The notes: generated by a model not told the origin, from the sequence alone. A stretch of 64,000 bases of DNA from Candidatus Pyrohabitans jungbluthii (GCA_002010065.2 MTMD02000011.1:3910-67909), one strand, 5' to 3'; counted from the first letter of the stretch, positions 1-11,092 are shown. Made by a program: numbers and translations.

Positions 1-144
1 GGCAAAGAGTGGACGCGCGTGGAGGTAAAGCCTGAGATGATTGGTCATTATTTGGGCGAGTTCTCCCTCACGAGGAAGAGGGTGCAGCATGGCTCGCCCG
101 GTATGGGAGCTACACGAAGCTCAATGTATGTGCCGCTTAAGTAG
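1..144 (+). CDS. rps19p: 30S ribosomal protein S19 (3' part, truncated by window)
   Basis: Frame 1 reads [47 protein letters not shown], the archaeal uS19 C-terminus; precedes L22. Confidence 0.95.
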   Translation, partial: GKEWTRVEVKPEMIGHYLGEFSLTRKRVQHGSPGMGATRSSMYVPLK

Positions 145-153
145 GTGATTTCC

Positions 154-615
154 GTGGCGAAGCTGGGCTACTCCTTCAGGGTTGAAAATGAAGAAAAAAT
201 CGCCAAGGCGATGGGCAGAGCTATGCGAATTTCGCCAAAGTGGAGCATAGAGATAGCCCGCGAACTTCGCGGAATGAAGCTAGAAAAAGCCAAGCGCTAT
301 CTTGAGGATATAATAGCCATGCGCCGCCCCCTGCCCCTGCGCAGGTTCAAGAAGGGCGTTGCCCACCGCAGGGGTTTGGTTAAGGCTTACGCGGGCAGGT
401 ATCCTCAAAAGGCAGCGAAACACGTGCTCAAGCTCCTGGAGAGTGCCCAGGCGAATGCCGAGTACAAGGGTTTAGACCCTGAGAGGCTGTTCATTAAGCA
501 CATTGCGGCGCAGCGTGGCCCTGTAATTAGAGGCTGGCTTCCCCGCGCCTATGGCAGGGCTACGCCTCACAACACTCCTACCACGCATATGGAAGTGATT
601 CTCGAGGAAAGGTGA
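154..615 (+). CDS. rpl22p: 50S ribosomal protein L22
   Basis: ISPKWS, GRYPQKAA and PRAYGRA motifs; GTG start after AGGTGA. Confidence 0.97.
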   Translation: MAKLGYSFRVENEEKIAKAMGRAMRISPKWSIEIARELRGMKLEKAKRYLEDIIAMRRPLPLRRFKKGVAHRRGLVKAYAGRYPQKAAKHVLKLLESAQANAEYKGLDPERLFIKHIAAQRGPVIRGWLPRAYGRATPHNTPTTHMEVILEER

Positions 616-619
616 TTTC

Positions 620-1426
620 ATGGCGCTGGAGAGGAAGTTCATCGAGGACAACATCCGCAAGTTTGAAGTAAAGGAGTTCCTGCAACGCGAGCTGGAGCGC
701 GCTGGCTGTGGTGAGATAGACATCCAGCGCACACCTCTTGGTACGCGTGTTATTGTGCATGTGCAGCGTCCTGGTCTTGTTATAGGTCGCAAGGGGCAGG
801 CGATACGCAAGCTTACCACCATACTCAAAACTCGCTTTGGTCTGGATAATCCCCAGATTGAGGTAAACGAGCTCGAAGTACCTGAGCTTAATCCAAATGT
901 TATGGCAAGGAGCATAGCCAATGCACTGGAGCGGGGCATACATTTCCGCAGGGCAGCTTATACAGCGCTGCGCAGGATAATGGAAGCCGGTGCAAGAGGT
1001 GCGGAGATAACCATCTCCGGTAAGCTCACAGGCGAACGGGCGAAGACTGTGAAGTTCGTTGATGGTTATCTGAAGCACTGTGGCGAGCCTGCGATGATGT
1101 TCGTGAAGGAGGGCTATGCCGTCGCTGCACCCAAACCAGGGGTTATAGGCGTTAAGGTAAAGATAATGCCTCCGGGCACGCGCTTGCCTGATGACATAAT
1201 ATACAAGGAGCAGCCTGAAGTACCCTCTAAGGGTGAAGAGGAAGAGAAGGGTGAGATAGAGGAGATTGTGGAGCAGCTTCAGGAGGAGATTGCAGAAGAG
1301 GGTGAGAGCAAGGAGAAGGTAAGCGAGGAGAGCGCTGAGGAGAAGAAGGCTGCAGAGGAAGCTTCGTCAGAGGCGTCTGAGGAGAAGCAGCCTGAGGAGA
1401 GCAGTGAGGAGACGAAGGAGGCTTAA
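620..1426 (+). CDS. rps3p: 30S ribosomal protein S3 with acidic C-terminal tail
   Basis: KH domain PGLVIGRKG, SGKLTGERAK; operon position. Confidence 0.97.
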   Translation: MALERKFIEDNIRKFEVKEFLQRELERAGCGEIDIQRTPLGTRVIVHVQRPGLVIGRKGQAIRKLTTILKTRFGLDNPQIEVNELEVPELNPNVMARSIANALERGIHFRRAAYTALRRIMEAGARGAEITISGKLTGERAKTVKFVDGYLKHCGEPAMMFVKEGYAVAAPKPGVIGVKVKIMPPGTRLPDDIIYKEQPEVPSKGEEEEKGEIEEIVEQLQEEIAEEGESKEKVSEESAEEKKAAEEASSEASEEKQPEESSEETKEA

Positions 1427-1428
1427 CA

Positions 1429-1635
1429 ATGGCGATACTCAGGGCAAGTGAGATTAGGGACATGGGCATGGAGGAGCTGAAGGAGAAGCTGGAAGAGCTG
1501 AGAATGGAACTCCTCAGGGAGCGCTCTAAAGCGGCGGCGGTGGGCGTGCCTGACAATCCTGGCAGAGTGCGCGAGCTTCGCAGAACAATCGCCAGACTAC
1601 TGACAATAATGAAGGAGAAGGAAAAATCTTCATAG
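1429..1635 (+). CDS. rpl29p: 50S ribosomal protein L29
   Basis: NPGRVRELRRTIARLLT motif. Confidence 0.96.
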   Translation: MAILRASEIRDMGMEELKEKLEELRMELLRERSKAAAVGVPDNPGRVRELRRTIARLLTIMKEKEKSS

Positions 1636-1648
1636 TTACTGAGCCGTT

Positions 1649-1912
1649 ATGAATCTCCGGGCAAAGTACATAACAAAACATGAATTAATTGGCCTCGAAT
1701 GCGAAATCGTGGCTGCCACCGACCCTACCTTGGTAGGGCTCCGCGGTGTGGTGGTGGATGAGACCAGAAATATGCTCACCCTCGAAATTGAGGGTAAGCG
1801 CAAGAAGGTAGCCAAGGCAATAGCCACATTTCGCTTTCGCGTGGGCAATCGATTGGTTGAGGTTGAGGGCAAGACCCTCGTTGCCAGACCTGAAGATAGG
1901 ATAAAAAGGTGA
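1649..1912 (+). CDS. rnp1: Ribonuclease P protein component 1 (Rpp29/POP4)
   Basis: HELIGL...GVVVDETRNML...RPEDR motifs; usual position before S17. Confidence 0.93.
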   Translation: MNLRAKYITKHELIGLECEIVAATDPTLVGLRGVVVDETRNMLTLEIEGKRKKVAKAIATFRFRVGNRLVEVEGKTLVARPEDRIKR

Positions 1913-1918
1913 AAAAGT

Positions 1919-2242
1919 ATGCGCGACATAGGCGTTGACGTCAAGCCTCCGGAAAAAAGCTGCGAGGATAAAAACTGTCCCTTCCACGGGCACCTTAAGG
2001 TTAGAGGGCAGATTATAGAAGGCAAAGTGGTTAGCAACGGCATGCACAACAGCGTTGTAGTCCAAAAAGATTACCTTCGTTACATTAAGAAATACGAAAG
2101 ATACGAGAAGCGCAGAAGCAGAATACTCGCCCACAATCCACCCTGCATCTCCGCAAAGGTGGGTGACAGGGTAAAGATTATGGAGTGCAGACCCATCAGT
2201 AAAGCCAAGAGTTTTGTGGTGATTGAGAAGGAGGCAGAGTGA
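1919..2242 (+). CDS. rps17p: 30S ribosomal protein S17
   Basis: [29 protein letters not shown]. Confidence 0.97.
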   Translation: MRDIGVDVKPPEKSCEDKNCPFHGHLKVRGQIIEGKVVSNGMHNSVVVQKDYLRYIKKYERYEKRRSRILAHNPPCISAKVGDRVKIMECRPISKAKSFVVIEKEAE

Positions 2243-2243
2243 G

Positions 2244-2642
2244 ATGCAGGGCATCAAGGCTAACGTTACAAGGGCACTTCCGAGTGGCGCTCGTTTGGAT
2301 GTGGTGGACAACACGGGCGCAAAGGAGATAGAGATAATCCAGGTTATTGGATTCAAGGGTACGAGAAGACGCTACCCCAGTGCTGGTGTGGGCGACATGG
2401 TGGTGGCGTCGGTTAAGAAGGGCACCCCGGAGATGCGCAAACAGGTTGTGCGGGCGGTGATAATACGCCAGCGCAAGGAGTACCGCCGCCGCGATGGCAC
2501 GCGCATTAAATTTGAGGACAACGCTGCGGTGATAACCAACGAGAAGGGCGAGCCCAAGGGCAGTGAGATTAAGGGCCCCGTCGCAAAGGAGGCGGCGGAG
2601 CGCTGGTCGAAGATAGCGAGTGTTGCCAGCATAATAGTTTAA
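2244..2642 (+). CDS. rpl14p: 50S ribosomal protein L14
   Basis: [21 protein letters not shown]; ATG at 2244. Confidence 0.97.
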   Translation: MQGIKANVTRALPSGARLDVVDNTGAKEIEIIQVIGFKGTRRRYPSAGVGDMVVASVKKGTPEMRKQVVRAVIIRQRKEYRRRDGTRIKFEDNAAVITNEKGEPKGSEIKGPVAKEAAERWSKIASVASIIV

Positions 2643-2652
2643 GGTGATTGTC

Positions 2653-3003
2653 ATGCCGAGTAAGCAGCCGAGAAAACAGAGGAAGGCGCTGTTCCGCGCA
2701 CCTCTCCATCGCAGGCAGAAGCTGGTGAGTGCTCATCTCAGCGAAGAGCTTCGCAAGGAGTATGGCAGGCGAAGCTTACCTGTGCGTAAAGGAGATACGG
2801 TGCGAGTGCTCCGCGGTGATTTTCGCGGGCATGAGGGTTTGGTTGAGAGAGTGGATTTAAAGAGGATGCGCATCTACGTGACCGGTGTAACAGTGCAGCG
2901 CAGTGATGGAAGTGAGCGCCTCTATCCTGTTCATCCCTCAAATGTGGAGATAGTAAAGCTGGAACTTAAAGACGAGGAAAGAAAGAACGTACTTGAGAGG
3001 TAG
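2653..3003 (+). CDS. rpl24p: 50S ribosomal protein L24
   Basis: [12 protein letters not shown] motif [14 protein letters not shown]. Confidence 0.97.
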   Translation: MPSKQPRKQRKALFRAPLHRRQKLVSAHLSEELRKEYGRRSLPVRKGDTVRVLRGDFRGHEGLVERVDLKRMRIYVTGVTVQRSDGSERLYPVHPSNVEIVKLELKDEERKNVLER

Positions 3004-3008
3004 TGCTC

Positions 3009-3743
3009 ATGAGCAAGCATGCAAAGCGTTTAACGGCACCTAAGGCGGTGAAGATTCCGCGCCGTGCGAGCAAGTTCATAGTGAAGCCCCGCCCAGGGCC
3101 ACACCCTCAGGAGCGTAGCATGGCCCTTCTGGTAGTGGTAAGAGATATGCTTGGGTATGCGAAGAACTCCCGTGAAGCGAAGAAGATAATCAAAGCCGGG
3201 AAGGTGCTCGTCGATGCGAGGCCGCGCAAGGACCATAAATTCCCCGTGGGTTTGATGGACATAATCCACATTCCCGAGGCGGGGCTCTACAAAATTGTGC
3301 TCTTTGACAGAAAGGGCAGGCTTGTGCTTAAAGACCTGCCTGAAGAGCGTGCAAGTGCGAAGCTGTGCAGGATAAACAACAAGACCATCGTGAAGGGTGG
3401 GCACATCCAGCTTAACCTGCACGACGGCAGGAATGTTCTTATCCGTGTAAAGGATCCCGCTAAGCCGGAGGAGGATGTGTACTCCACCAAGGACACTGTG
3501 CTTCTCGATCTGAATAGTGGTAGCATAGTAAAGCACCTGGAGTACAAGGAAGGAAACCTAGCTTACATTATCGGCGGGAGCCACATGGGCGAGGTTGCAA
3601 AGATTAAAGAGATAAAGAAGGTGCGCTCGCCGCAACCAAACGTTGTTGTGCTCACCAGAGATGGTGAAGAGTTTGAGACCATTGAGGATTACGTGTTTGT
3701 TGTAGGCGAGGAAGAGCCAGTTCTTCCGGAGGTGCTGAATTGA
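3009..3743 (+). CDS. rps4e: 30S ribosomal protein S4e
   Basis: PRPGPH, FPVGLMD, QLNLHDGRN, GGSHMG. Confidence 0.97.
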   Translation: MSKHAKRLTAPKAVKIPRRASKFIVKPRPGPHPQERSMALLVVVRDMLGYAKNSREAKKIIKAGKVLVDARPRKDHKFPVGLMDIIHIPEAGLYKIVLFDRKGRLVLKDLPEERASAKLCRINNKTIVKGGHIQLNLHDGRNVLIRVKDPAKPEEDVYSTKDTVLLDLNSGSIVKHLEYKEGNLAYIIGGSHMGEVAKIKEIKKVRSPQPNVVVLTRDGEEFETIEDYVFVVGEEEPVLPEVLN

Positions 3744-4249
3744 ACCCCATGCGCAGGCTTCGTATAGCCAAGGTTACTGTGAACATGGGTGTCGGCGAGG
3801 CAGGTGAGCGCTTAGCTAAGGGAGTCCAGCTTCTGGAGGAGCTTACAGGGCAGAAGCCGGTGCACACCATAGCAAAACGCACCATTCAGCCCTTCGGGAT
3901 AAGGAAAGGCTTAGCCATAGGCTGCAAGGTAACTCTTCGCGGCGAAAAGGCGATGAAGTTCCTGCGCGATGCTTTTGCGGCTGTCGATAATCGCATTAAG
4001 GCGAGCAACTTTGATGAGCAGGGCAACTTCGCTTTCGGTATACGGGAGCACATAGACTTGCCTGGTGTAAAGTACGACCCCATGGTGGGTATCTACGGCA
4101 TGGATGTGTGCGTTGCCATTGAGCGCCCTGGCTATCGCGTGAAGCATCGTAAGCTTAAGAAGAGCAAGGTTGGCAAGAAGCACCTGGTTACCAAGGAGGA
4201 AGCGATCAACTTTATTAAGGAGACCTTCAACGTTGAGGTGGAGGCGTAG
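3740..4249 (+). CDS. rpl5p: 50S ribosomal protein L5
   Basis: [27 protein letters not shown]. Confidence 0.97.
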   Translation: MNPMRRLRIAKVTVNMGVGEAGERLAKGVQLLEELTGQKPVHTIAKRTIQPFGIRKGLAIGCKVTLRGEKAMKFLRDAFAAVDNRIKASNFDEQGNFAFGIREHIDLPGVKYDPMVGIYGMDVCVAIERPGYRVKHRKLKKSKVGKKHLVTKEEAINFIKETFNVEVEA

Positions 4250-4251
4250 CC

Positions 4252-4395
4252 GTGGTGAAGAAAATAGGCAAAGGAGCGAGGAAGTGCAGAAGGTGTGGCT
4301 CTCATGGCCCGGTGATAAGAAGGTATGGGCTTTACATATGCAGACACTGCTTCCGTGAGGTAGCCCCTGAGATAGGATTTAAAAAGTACGAATAG
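4252..4395 (+). CDS. rps14p: 30S ribosomal protein S14 (zinc-binding type); absent from the ORF track because it is short
   Basis: Hand translation [47 protein letters not shown], between L5 and S8. Confidence 0.96.
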   Translation: MVKKIGKGARKCRRCGSHGPVIRRYGLYICRHCFREVAPEIGFKKYE

Positions 4396-4407
4396 AGGTG
4401 TTTGACG

Positions 4408-4797
4408 ATGCGCTTTGATACTCTGGCGGATGCTCTCTCAACCATAAAGAACAGTGAGTACAACGGTAACTTGAGATGCGTGGTTAAGCCGGCGTCGAAG
4501 ATAATAGCGCAGGTGCTGCGCGTCATGCAGGAGTACGGCTACGTCAAGGAGTACGAGTTCGTGGACGACGGCAGGGCAGGGCTGTTCAAGGTGACGCTTA
4601 CAGGCAAGATAAACGACTGTGGCGTAATACGCCCGCGCTACGCTGTTGGCAAGGATAATATTGAGAAGTACGAGAAGCGCTTCCTCCCGGCGAGCGGCTT
4701 TGGAGTTATAATAATCTCCACCTCTCAGGGAGTAATGAGTCACTACGAAGCCAAGGAGCGAGGAATAGGCGGCAGACTTCTCGCCTACGTTTACTGA
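4408..4797 (+). CDS. rps8p: 30S ribosomal protein S8
   Basis: [25 protein letters not shown]. Confidence 0.97.
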   Translation: MRFDTLADALSTIKNSEYNGNLRCVVKPASKIIAQVLRVMQEYGYVKEYEFVDDGRAGLFKVTLTGKINDCGVIRPRYAVGKDNIEKYEKRFLPASGFGVIIISTSQGVMSHYEAKERGIGGRLLAYVY

Positions 4798-4807
4798 GGT
4801 GATGCTC

Positions 4808-5353
4808 ATGGCAATACCGCTGCTTAAAGAGGTCGTGGAAATTCCCGAGGGCGTTGATGTGGAGCTGCGCGGTGAGATAGTGGTGGTTCGTGGTCCAAAG
4901 GGCGAACTTCAGAAGCGCCTTGCTTACCCCGGAATAAGGCTCTACAAGGAAGACTCTACAGTAGCCATAGAGGCGAGCTTTCCAAAGAAAAGGCAGCGTG
5001 CCATGATAGGAACCTTCGCAGCGCATATAAGAAATATGATAAAGGGTGTAACTCAGGGCTTCACTTATAAAATGAAGGTGGTTTATTCTCATTTCCCTAT
5101 AACCGTGAAGGTTCAGGGTAGAGAGGTAATAGTTGAGAACTTCCTTGGTGAGAAGGTTCCTAGGAAGACGGAGATATTTGGGAACTGCACAGTCAAGGTT
5201 TCAGGGCAGGAGATAACCATCGAGGGAATAAACAAGGAAGAGGTGGGTCAAACGGCTGCTAGGATAGAGCAGCTAACCAGAGTGAGGAACCGCGACCCCC
5301 GTGTGTTTCAGGATGGCGTTTATCTCGTGGAGCGCGATGGCGTACCTGTGTAG
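4808..5353 (+). CDS. rpl6p: 50S ribosomal protein L6
   Basis: [28 protein letters not shown]; start uncertain by 1-3 codons. Confidence 0.96.
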   Translation: MAIPLLKEVVEIPEGVDVELRGEIVVVRGPKGELQKRLAYPGIRLYKEDSTVAIEASFPKKRQRAMIGTFAAHIRNMIKGVTQGFTYKMKVVYSHFPITVKVQGREVIVENFLGEKVPRKTEIFGNCTVKVSGQEITIEGINKEEVGQTAARIEQLTRVRNRDPRVFQDGVYLVERDGVPV

Positions 5354-5362
5354 GTGGTGCAG

Positions 5363-5716
5363 ATGAGGACAAAGAAAAAGCCGGAGTTTAAGCGAGTGGA
5401 TTATCATCGCCACAAGAAGTTGAGCCGCAGCTCTTGGCGGAAGCCAAGAGGTAGGCACAACAAGACGCGCTTACACAAGAAAGGCAAGTTCCTTTCGCCA
5501 AGCATAGGTTATGGTAACGATGCATCGCTTCGCGGCCTTCACCCTTCTGGTTACCGTGAAGTGCTGGTGTACAACGTTAAGGAGCTTGAGGGAATTGATG
5601 CAAGCAGCGAGGCGGTGCGCATCGCCGCTAGTGTGGGTAGAAGAAAGCGCCTGCAGATTCTCGCAAGGGCAAAGGAGCTGAACATTAAAGTTCTTAATCC
5701 ACCTGTGGAGGCTTAA
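5363..5716 (+). CDS. rpl32e: 50S ribosomal protein L32e
   Basis: SWRKPRG, GLHPSG, KVLN; start uncertain. Confidence 0.96.
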   Translation: MRTKKKPEFKRVDYHRHKKLSRSSWRKPRGRHNKTRLHKKGKFLSPSIGYGNDASLRGLHPSGYREVLVYNVKELEGIDASSEAVRIAASVGRRKRLQILARAKELNIKVLNPPVEA

Positions 5717-5720
5717 GGTC

Positions 5721-6173
5721 ATGACGCTAAGGACTCAGCGCAGATTGGCGGCAGCACTGCTTAAGGTGGGAGAGAATAGGATATGGATAGACCCCGAAAC
5801 CATAGACGATGTGAGCGAGGCAGTTACCCGGGATGATGTGCGCAGGCTGATCAAAGAGGGTGTTATACGCGCAAAGCAGAAGCGAGGAATCAGCAGCTAC
5901 CGCAGGAAGAAGCAGGTGCTCCAGAAGAAGAAGGGAAGGAGACGGGGTCACGGCAGCAGGAAAGGCGCGAAGTACGCAAGGTATGGGAAGAAGGAGAGAT
6001 GGATGTCAACCATACGCGCACTTCGAAAAATGCTGCGCGAGCTGCGCGACAGCGGCGAGCTTAAACCCAGAGACTACCGCAAGCTCTACCGCATGGCCAA
6101 GGGTGGTGCCTTCAGGAGCAGGGCGCACCTCCGCAGCTACATAGCGGAGCATAATCTACTAACCAAGAGGTGA
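5721..6173 (+). CDS. rpl19e: 50S ribosomal protein L19e
   Basis: [28 protein letters not shown]. Confidence 0.97.
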   Translation: MTLRTQRRLAAALLKVGENRIWIDPETIDDVSEAVTRDDVRRLIKEGVIRAKQKRGISSYRRKKQVLQKKKGRRRGHGSRKGAKYARYGKKERWMSTIRALRKMLRELRDSGELKPRDYRKLYRMAKGGAFRSRAHLRSYIAEHNLLTKR

Positions 6174-6180
6174 TTGTTTC

Positions 6181-6753
6181 ATGGCAACTGGTGCGAGATA
6201 TCGAGTGCCCTTCAGAAGGAGAAGGGAAAGCAAAACAGACTACAGACGCAGGTTAAAGCTTCTGCTTTCCGGCAAACCCAGGGCGGTTGTGAGGTTTACA
6301 AATAAGCATGTGATTGCCCAGATGGTTGAATACTCACCTAAAGGTGATGTAACAAAGGCGTCGGCTCACTCTAAGGAGCTGGCAAAGTTTGGCTGGAAGG
6401 GTGGAACCTCCAACCTGTGCGCCGCTTACCTGGTGGGCTATCTCCTTGGGAAGCGCGCCCTTGAGAAGGGCATATCTGAGGCGGTGCTCGATCTTGGGCT
6501 GCTGCACCCCATCGCTGGTGGTAAAGCCTTCGCTGCCCTCAAGGGCATTATCGACGCTGGCTTGGAAGTACCTGCTAACGAGGAGGTGTTCCCCAGTATG
6601 GAGCGTATCCGCGGGGAGCACATCGCAGAGTATGCCAAGCTCCTTGGCGAGGAAAAGCAGAAGCGCTTTAGCGATTATCTTAAGCGCGGTCTCGACCCGG
6701 AGAAGCTGCCGGAGCACTTCGATGAGGTGCTAGCTAAGATAAGAGGTGCATGA
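6181..6753 (+). CDS. rpl18p: 50S ribosomal protein L18
   Basis: [27 protein letters not shown]. Confidence 0.97.
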   Translation: MATGARYRVPFRRRRESKTDYRRRLKLLLSGKPRAVVRFTNKHVIAQMVEYSPKGDVTKASAHSKELAKFGWKGGTSNLCAAYLVGYLLGKRALEKGISEAVLDLGLLHPIAGGKAFAALKGIIDAGLEVPANEEVFPSMERIRGEHIAEYAKLLGEEKQKRFSDYLKRGLDPEKLPEHFDEVLAKIRGA

Positions 6754-6756
6754 GGC

Positions 6757-7407
6757 ATGGTGGAGGAGCTTGAGTGGGAGCCCCGCACACGCATTGGGGC
6801 GATGGTGAAGAACGGAGAAATTACGAAGATAAGTGAGATTTTTAAGCTTGGCTTGCCCATTATGGAGCCTGAGATAGTTGATATTCTCCTGCCAGACATC
6901 ACCGAAGAGGTTCTCGACATAAACATAGTGCAGCGAATGCACAAGTCTGGAAGAAGGGTGCGCTTCCGCGCCACTGTTGCGGTGGGCAACAAGAATGGTT
7001 ATATAGGCTTGGGTAAGGGTGTTGCCAAGGAGGTAGGTCCCGCGATACGAAAGGCTATTCGTGATGCCAAGCTCAATTTAATTCAGGTTGCACGAGGCTG
7101 TGGAAGCTGGGAATGCGGTTGTGGCACTAGTCACAGCGTGCCCTTTGCAGTTACCGGTAGAGCAGGAAGCGTGCGGGTAACTCTCCTGCCGGCGCCCCGT
7201 GGCGTTGGTCTGGTCACCAACAATGTGAGCAAGAAGATTCTCACCCTTGCGGGTATCACGGACGTGTGGAGCAAAACCTTCGGGCAGACACGCACTACCA
7301 TAAACACCGCCAAGGCAACCTATGAGGCACTTCGCAACACCACGCGCATGAAGCTTACAGAGAGCGAAGCCAAAGCAGTGAGCATGGTTGAGGGCGAGGT
7401 GGAGTAG
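6757..7407 (+). CDS. rps5p: 30S ribosomal protein S5
   Basis: [24 protein letters not shown]. Confidence 0.97.
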   Translation: MVEELEWEPRTRIGAMVKNGEITKISEIFKLGLPIMEPEIVDILLPDITEEVLDINIVQRMHKSGRRVRFRATVAVGNKNGYIGLGKGVAKEVGPAIRKAIRDAKLNLIQVARGCGSWECGCGTSHSVPFAVTGRAGSVRVTLLPAPRGVGLVTNNVSKKILTLAGITDVWSKTFGQTRTTINTAKATYEALRNTTRMKLTESEAKAVSMVEGEVE

Positions 7408-7875
7408 ATGCGCCGTTTGGCTGTGGTTAGGGTGCGCGGACACGTGGGCGTATCGCGAGAGGTTGAAGATACCCTTAGGATGTTAAGACTCACCCGCGTA
7501 AACCACTGTGTTTTCATAGATGACCGCCCAACCTACGCGGGGATGCTCCAGAAGGCGAAGGACTACATAACCTGGGGTGAGGTCAGTGCCGAGGAGGTGG
7601 CGCTCATCCTTCGTAATAGAGGTGAACTTGTAGGTGGCAAAAAGCTCACCGATGCCTACATTAAGGAGCACACCAAGTTTAAGAGCATAGACGACTTTGC
7701 CAAGGCTTTTGTGGAGTTCAAGGCAGAGTTGAGCGACATCCCCAATCTGAAGCCAGTGTTTCGCCTGCATCCGCCGCGCAAGGGCTACCGTGGGATAAAG
7801 CGCAGCTTCGTTGAGGGCGGTGCTCTGGGCTATAGAGGCGAGGCGATGAAGGAGCTTCTCAGGAGGATGAGGTAG
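7408..7875 (+). CDS. rpl30p: 50S ribosomal protein L30
   Basis: DYITWGE, FRLHPPRKG, LGYRG. Confidence 0.97.
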   Translation: MRRLAVVRVRGHVGVSREVEDTLRMLRLTRVNHCVFIDDRPTYAGMLQKAKDYITWGEVSAEEVALILRNRGELVGGKKLTDAYIKEHTKFKSIDDFAKAFVEFKAELSDIPNLKPVFRLHPPRKGYRGIKRSFVEGGALGYRGEAMKELLRRMR

Positions 7876-8316
7876 GTGGCGCTGAAAAACAGGAAGATAC
7901 GCAAGAAGCGCGGGTCTCGAACCTGCGGGCGTGGATCTCACAAAAAAGCCAGAGGCTCTGGGAATAGAGGCGGTACAGGTATGGCTGGAACCCACAAGGG
8001 CAAGTGGACATGGGTTATCAAGTATGCCCCCGACTACTTCGGGCGCAGGGGCTTCGACGTGCCCGAGGAAGTTAAGGATGTCTACGAGACAATAAATATA
8101 GGCGAGCTGGACGAGATCGCCGAAGAGCTCGTAGCAAAGGGCATAGCCAGAGAGGTTGACGGTAGAATAGAGGTGGACGTTACTGCGCTTAACGTGGAAA
8201 AGGTACTTGGCGCCGGCAAGGTTACCCGAGCGCTAGTGGTTAAGGCGCCGAGGTTCTCTTCGCTTGCTGTTAAGAAGATAACTGAAGCTGGTGGCGAGGC
8301 AATAGTGCTGGAGTGA
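7876..8316 (+). CDS. rpl15p: 50S ribosomal protein L15
   Basis: RGSRTCGRG, GNRGGTGMAG, KVLGAG. Confidence 0.97.
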   Translation: MALKNRKIRKKRGSRTCGRGSHKKARGSGNRGGTGMAGTHKGKWTWVIKYAPDYFGRRGFDVPEEVKDVYETINIGELDEIAEELVAKGIAREVDGRIEVDVTALNVEKVLGAGKVTRALVVKAPRFSSLAVKKITEAGGEAIVLE

Positions 8317-8323
8317 AGCCGTA

Positions 8324-9682
8324 ATGGGCATTCTGCACCAATTTGAAGGCCTTTTGACCAGCCTGCCAGAGGTGGAACGTCCTCGTGTAATCCTCAGCTT
8401 TAAGGATCGCCTCAAGTGGGTGGTTCTTGTCCTGGTAGTCTACCTTCTCCTTGCAAACACTATGCTCTATGGCTTGGATCATGAGCGAGCGGTGAACTAC
8501 TTCGCTACGCTCCAAACTATAATGGCGAGCAAGTTCGGCACGCTGATGACGCTTGGCATAGGCCCCATCGTAACGGGCTCGATAATCCTCCAGATCCTTG
8601 TGGGAGGCAAGTTGATCGACCTTGACCTCTCTCAGCCGAGGGATAAGGCAATCTACATGGGCACGCAGAAGCTGCTCTCCCTCTTCTTCACGGTCTTTGA
8701 GGCTACAGTAATGGTGCTTATGGGAGCGCTGCCCGCGCAGGGCAATGACCCCTTCTACCAGTTTCTCATAGTAGCGCAGCTCGTGGTTGCGGGTGCGCTG
8801 CTCATATACATGGATGAAGTCGTTTCGAGATGGGGTTTCGGTTCAGGTATTGGCTTATTCATCGTAGCTGGCGTGTGCGAGGAGATAGCTTGGCGCGGCT
8901 TTAACCCCTTCTTCAGCGGTGGCGCTCCGGCTGGCATAATACCCAAGTTCTTCTATACCCTATTCAAGGGTTACCCTGACTTTTACTCTCTCATCCCGCT
9001 GCTTGGCACCCTCGTGGTGTTTGGTGTGGTGGTCTACTTTGAGAGCATGCGGGTGGAGATACCCCTCACCTATGGCAGGTTTCGCGGCGCGCGCGGAAGG
9101 TATCCCATAAAGTTCATCTACGCCAGTAACATTCCTGTAATCTTCGCGAGCATTTTAATGGCGAACGTTCAGCTTTGGGCGACAGTGCTCCAGAGCTTGG
9201 GCTACCCGCTGCTTGGCACTGTGGACCAGGCTACGGGGATTGCTACTGGCATAGTTAAGTACTTCACCTTCCCGACGCCTATTTACCGCGCAGACTTTGA
9301 CCCTGTGCATGCGATTGTGTTCGCCATCCTGCTCATCTCCCTCTCGGTGCTCTTCTCCATATTTTGGGTTGAAACCGCCGGCATGGACGCCAAGACCGTG
9401 GCGAGGCAGCTCCAGCAGGGCGGGATGAAGATTCCGGGCTTCAGGGGCGATATACGCATAATAGAGCGCGTGCTCCAGCGCTACATACCAGCGGTTACCG
9501 TGCTAGGCGGCGCCGCCGTGGGCGCGCTTGCGGCTTTTGGTGACCTCACCGGTGCTCTCGGTGGTGGCACAGGAGTGCTCCTCACCGTGGGTATACTCTA
9601 CCGCTTATACGAGGAGATAGCAAAGCAGCAGATAATGGAGATTCACCCCATGCTTAGAAAGGTGGTGGGCGATCTGTTTTGA
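8324..9682 (+). CDS. secY: Preprotein translocase subunit SecY
   Basis: LGIGPIVT, GSGIGLFI, YASNIP, GGTGVLLTVGI; about 10 TM segments. Confidence 0.97.
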   Translation: MGILHQFEGLLTSLPEVERPRVILSFKDRLKWVVLVLVVYLLLANTMLYGLDHERAVNYFATLQTIMASKFGTLMTLGIGPIVTGSIILQILVGGKLIDLDLSQPRDKAIYMGTQKLLSLFFTVFEATVMVLMGALPAQGNDPFYQFLIVAQLVVAGALLIYMDEVVSRWGFGSGIGLFIVAGVCEEIAWRGFNPFFSGGAPAGIIPKFFYTLFKGYPDFYSLIPLLGTLVVFGVVVYFESMRVEIPLTYGRFRGARGRYPIKFIYASNIPVIFASILMANVQLWATVLQSLGYPLLGTVDQATGIATGIVKYFTFPTPIYRADFDPVHAIVFAILLISLSVLFSIFWVETAGMDAKTVARQLQQGGMKIPGFRGDIRIIERVLQRYIPAVTVLGGAAVGALAAFGDLTGALGGGTGVLLTVGILYRLYEEIAKQQIMEIHPMLRKVVGDLF

Positions 9683-9694
9683 GGAGGTTAATGG

Positions 9695-10255
9695 ATGAAG
9701 TGCGTTGTAGTTACTGGGATTCCAGGAGTCGGAAAAACCACTGTGCTCAACGCTGCGCTTGAGAAGCTTGAGGAGAAATTTGAGATTATAAATTTTGGAG
9801 ATAAGATGTTCGAAGTAGCTGGCAAGGAAGGTCTTGTGAGCAACCGCGACGAGATGCGGAAGCTCCCGCCCGAGGTGCAGAAGGACATCCAGAAGCTTGC
9901 TGCAATAGCTATAGCCAAGAGGGCTGAGGAGAACAACGTAATAGTGGATACCCATTGCACAGTTAAGACGCCCTCGGGCTACCTTCCTGGTCTGCCGCGC
10001 TGGGTGCTGGAGGAGCTCAAGCCAACCCATATAGTGCTCGTGGAGGCAGACCCTGAGGAGATTCAGAGGCGGCGCACTAGCGATGCGACGCGCGTGAGGG
10101 ACGAAGATAGTGTGGAGGAGATAGCGCAGCATCAGGAGATAAACCGCGCTGCTGCCATGGCTTACGCTATGTTTACAGGTGCAACCGTCAAGATCGTTGA
10201 GAACCACGACAACCGCCTTGAGGAGGCGGTGGATCAGCTTGTGAAGGCGATGTAA
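9695..10255 (+). CDS. adkA: Archaeal adenylate kinase
   Basis: GIPGVGKTT, RDEMRKL, DTH, GYLPGLP. Confidence 0.95.
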   Translation: MKCVVVTGIPGVGKTTVLNAALEKLEEKFEIINFGDKMFEVAGKEGLVSNRDEMRKLPPEVQKDIQKLAAIAIAKRAEENNVIVDTHCTVKTPSGYLPGLPRWVLEELKPTHIVLVEADPEEIQRRRTSDATRVRDEDSVEEIAQHQEINRAAAMAYAMFTGATVKIVENHDNRLEEAVDQLVKAM

Positions 10256-10256
10256 G

Positions 10257-10769
10257 ATGCCAGCACTTCTTGAGCCTGTGTATGCTGTTATGGACGCTAC
10301 CTTAGGGTTGGTCTTCCATCTCACGGCGAATGAGAAAACGAACTACATGCTGGGCATCTTCATAATCTCCGCTTTGGTTTCCCTGTTCATCACTCTGGTC
10401 ACAGCGCGTGTTGTGGACCAGCGCAAGATGCGCGAGGCGAAGGAGAAGATGAGGGTTCTGCAGGAGCGGCTGAAGAAGGCGCAGAAAGCAGGAGATTCCA
10501 AGGAGATGGCAAAGGTTAACAGGCAGATGCTGGAGATACAGCGCGAGATGATGGGAATCTCCTTCAAGCCTATGTTCTACACCATGATACCCATATTCCT
10601 TGTCTTCTCGTGGCTGCGCTACGCTATACCCCCCAACGTAACTGTGGTAACGCTACCATTTGCGTTGCCCCACTATGGCACCACGCTGGGGTGGTTCGGC
10701 TGGTACATACTTAGCTCCTTTGCTGTTTCACCACTGCTTAAGAAGATTATGAATATAGAAGGACCTTAG
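10257..10769 (+). CDS. DUF106 / EMC3-TMCO1-like membrane insertase (Oxa1 superfamily)
   Basis: TM-coiled coil-TM-TM layout, KPMFYT and GWFGWY; conserved position after adk. Confidence 0.85.
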   Translation: MPALLEPVYAVMDATLGLVFHLTANEKTNYMLGIFIISALVSLFITLVTARVVDQRKMREAKEKMRVLQERLKKAQKAGDSKEMAKVNRQMLEIQREMMGISFKPMFYTMIPIFLVFSWLRYAIPPNVTVVTLPFALPHYGTTLGWFGWYILSSFAVSPLLKKIMNIEGP

Positions 10770-10825
10770 AAATCTTTATATCACATAATTGCAAACAGAA
10801 AACTTCTCACTGGAGGTAAAGAGCC

Positions 10826-11092
10826 ATGGAACCCAGCAAAAGGTCACGTTCCGTAAAGAGGATAGCAAAGCGAACACCCGGAGGAAGGGTGGTAATCCAC
10901 TTCAGGAAGAAGCGCCCAGGCTATGCGAAGTGCGCTGTGTGCAAGCGCGAGCTGCATGGAATTCCCAGAGGTAGGGTCTCTGAAATTCGCAAGCTTCCGC
11001 GCTCCCAGCGCAGGGTTTCTCGTCCCTATGGCGGCTATCTGTGCTCCGCATGCATGCGTGCTGAGATTAAGAGGCTTGTGAGAGGAGAATGA
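10826..11092 (+). CDS. rpl34e: 50S ribosomal protein L34e
   Basis: RTPGG, CAVC, RPYGGYLCSAC. Confidence 0.96.
   Translation: MEPSKRSRSVKRIAKRTPGGRVVIHFRKKRPGYAKCAVCKRELHGIPRGRVSEIRKLPRSQRRVSRPYGGYLCSACMRAEIKRLVRGE

Noticed and set aside
1200-1426. Long Glu/Ser-rich low-complexity tail of S3
   Set aside because: Acidic tails on archaeal uS3 are common; no repeat unit or separate domain seen.
1636-1648. No SUI1/aIF1 gene between rpl29 and rnp1
   Set aside because: This gene is variably present at this position in archaea; not remarkable.
4170-4358. ORF-track 62-aa ORF overlapping L5
   Set aside because: Shadow ORF; the real gene is rps14 at 4252-4395 in another frame.
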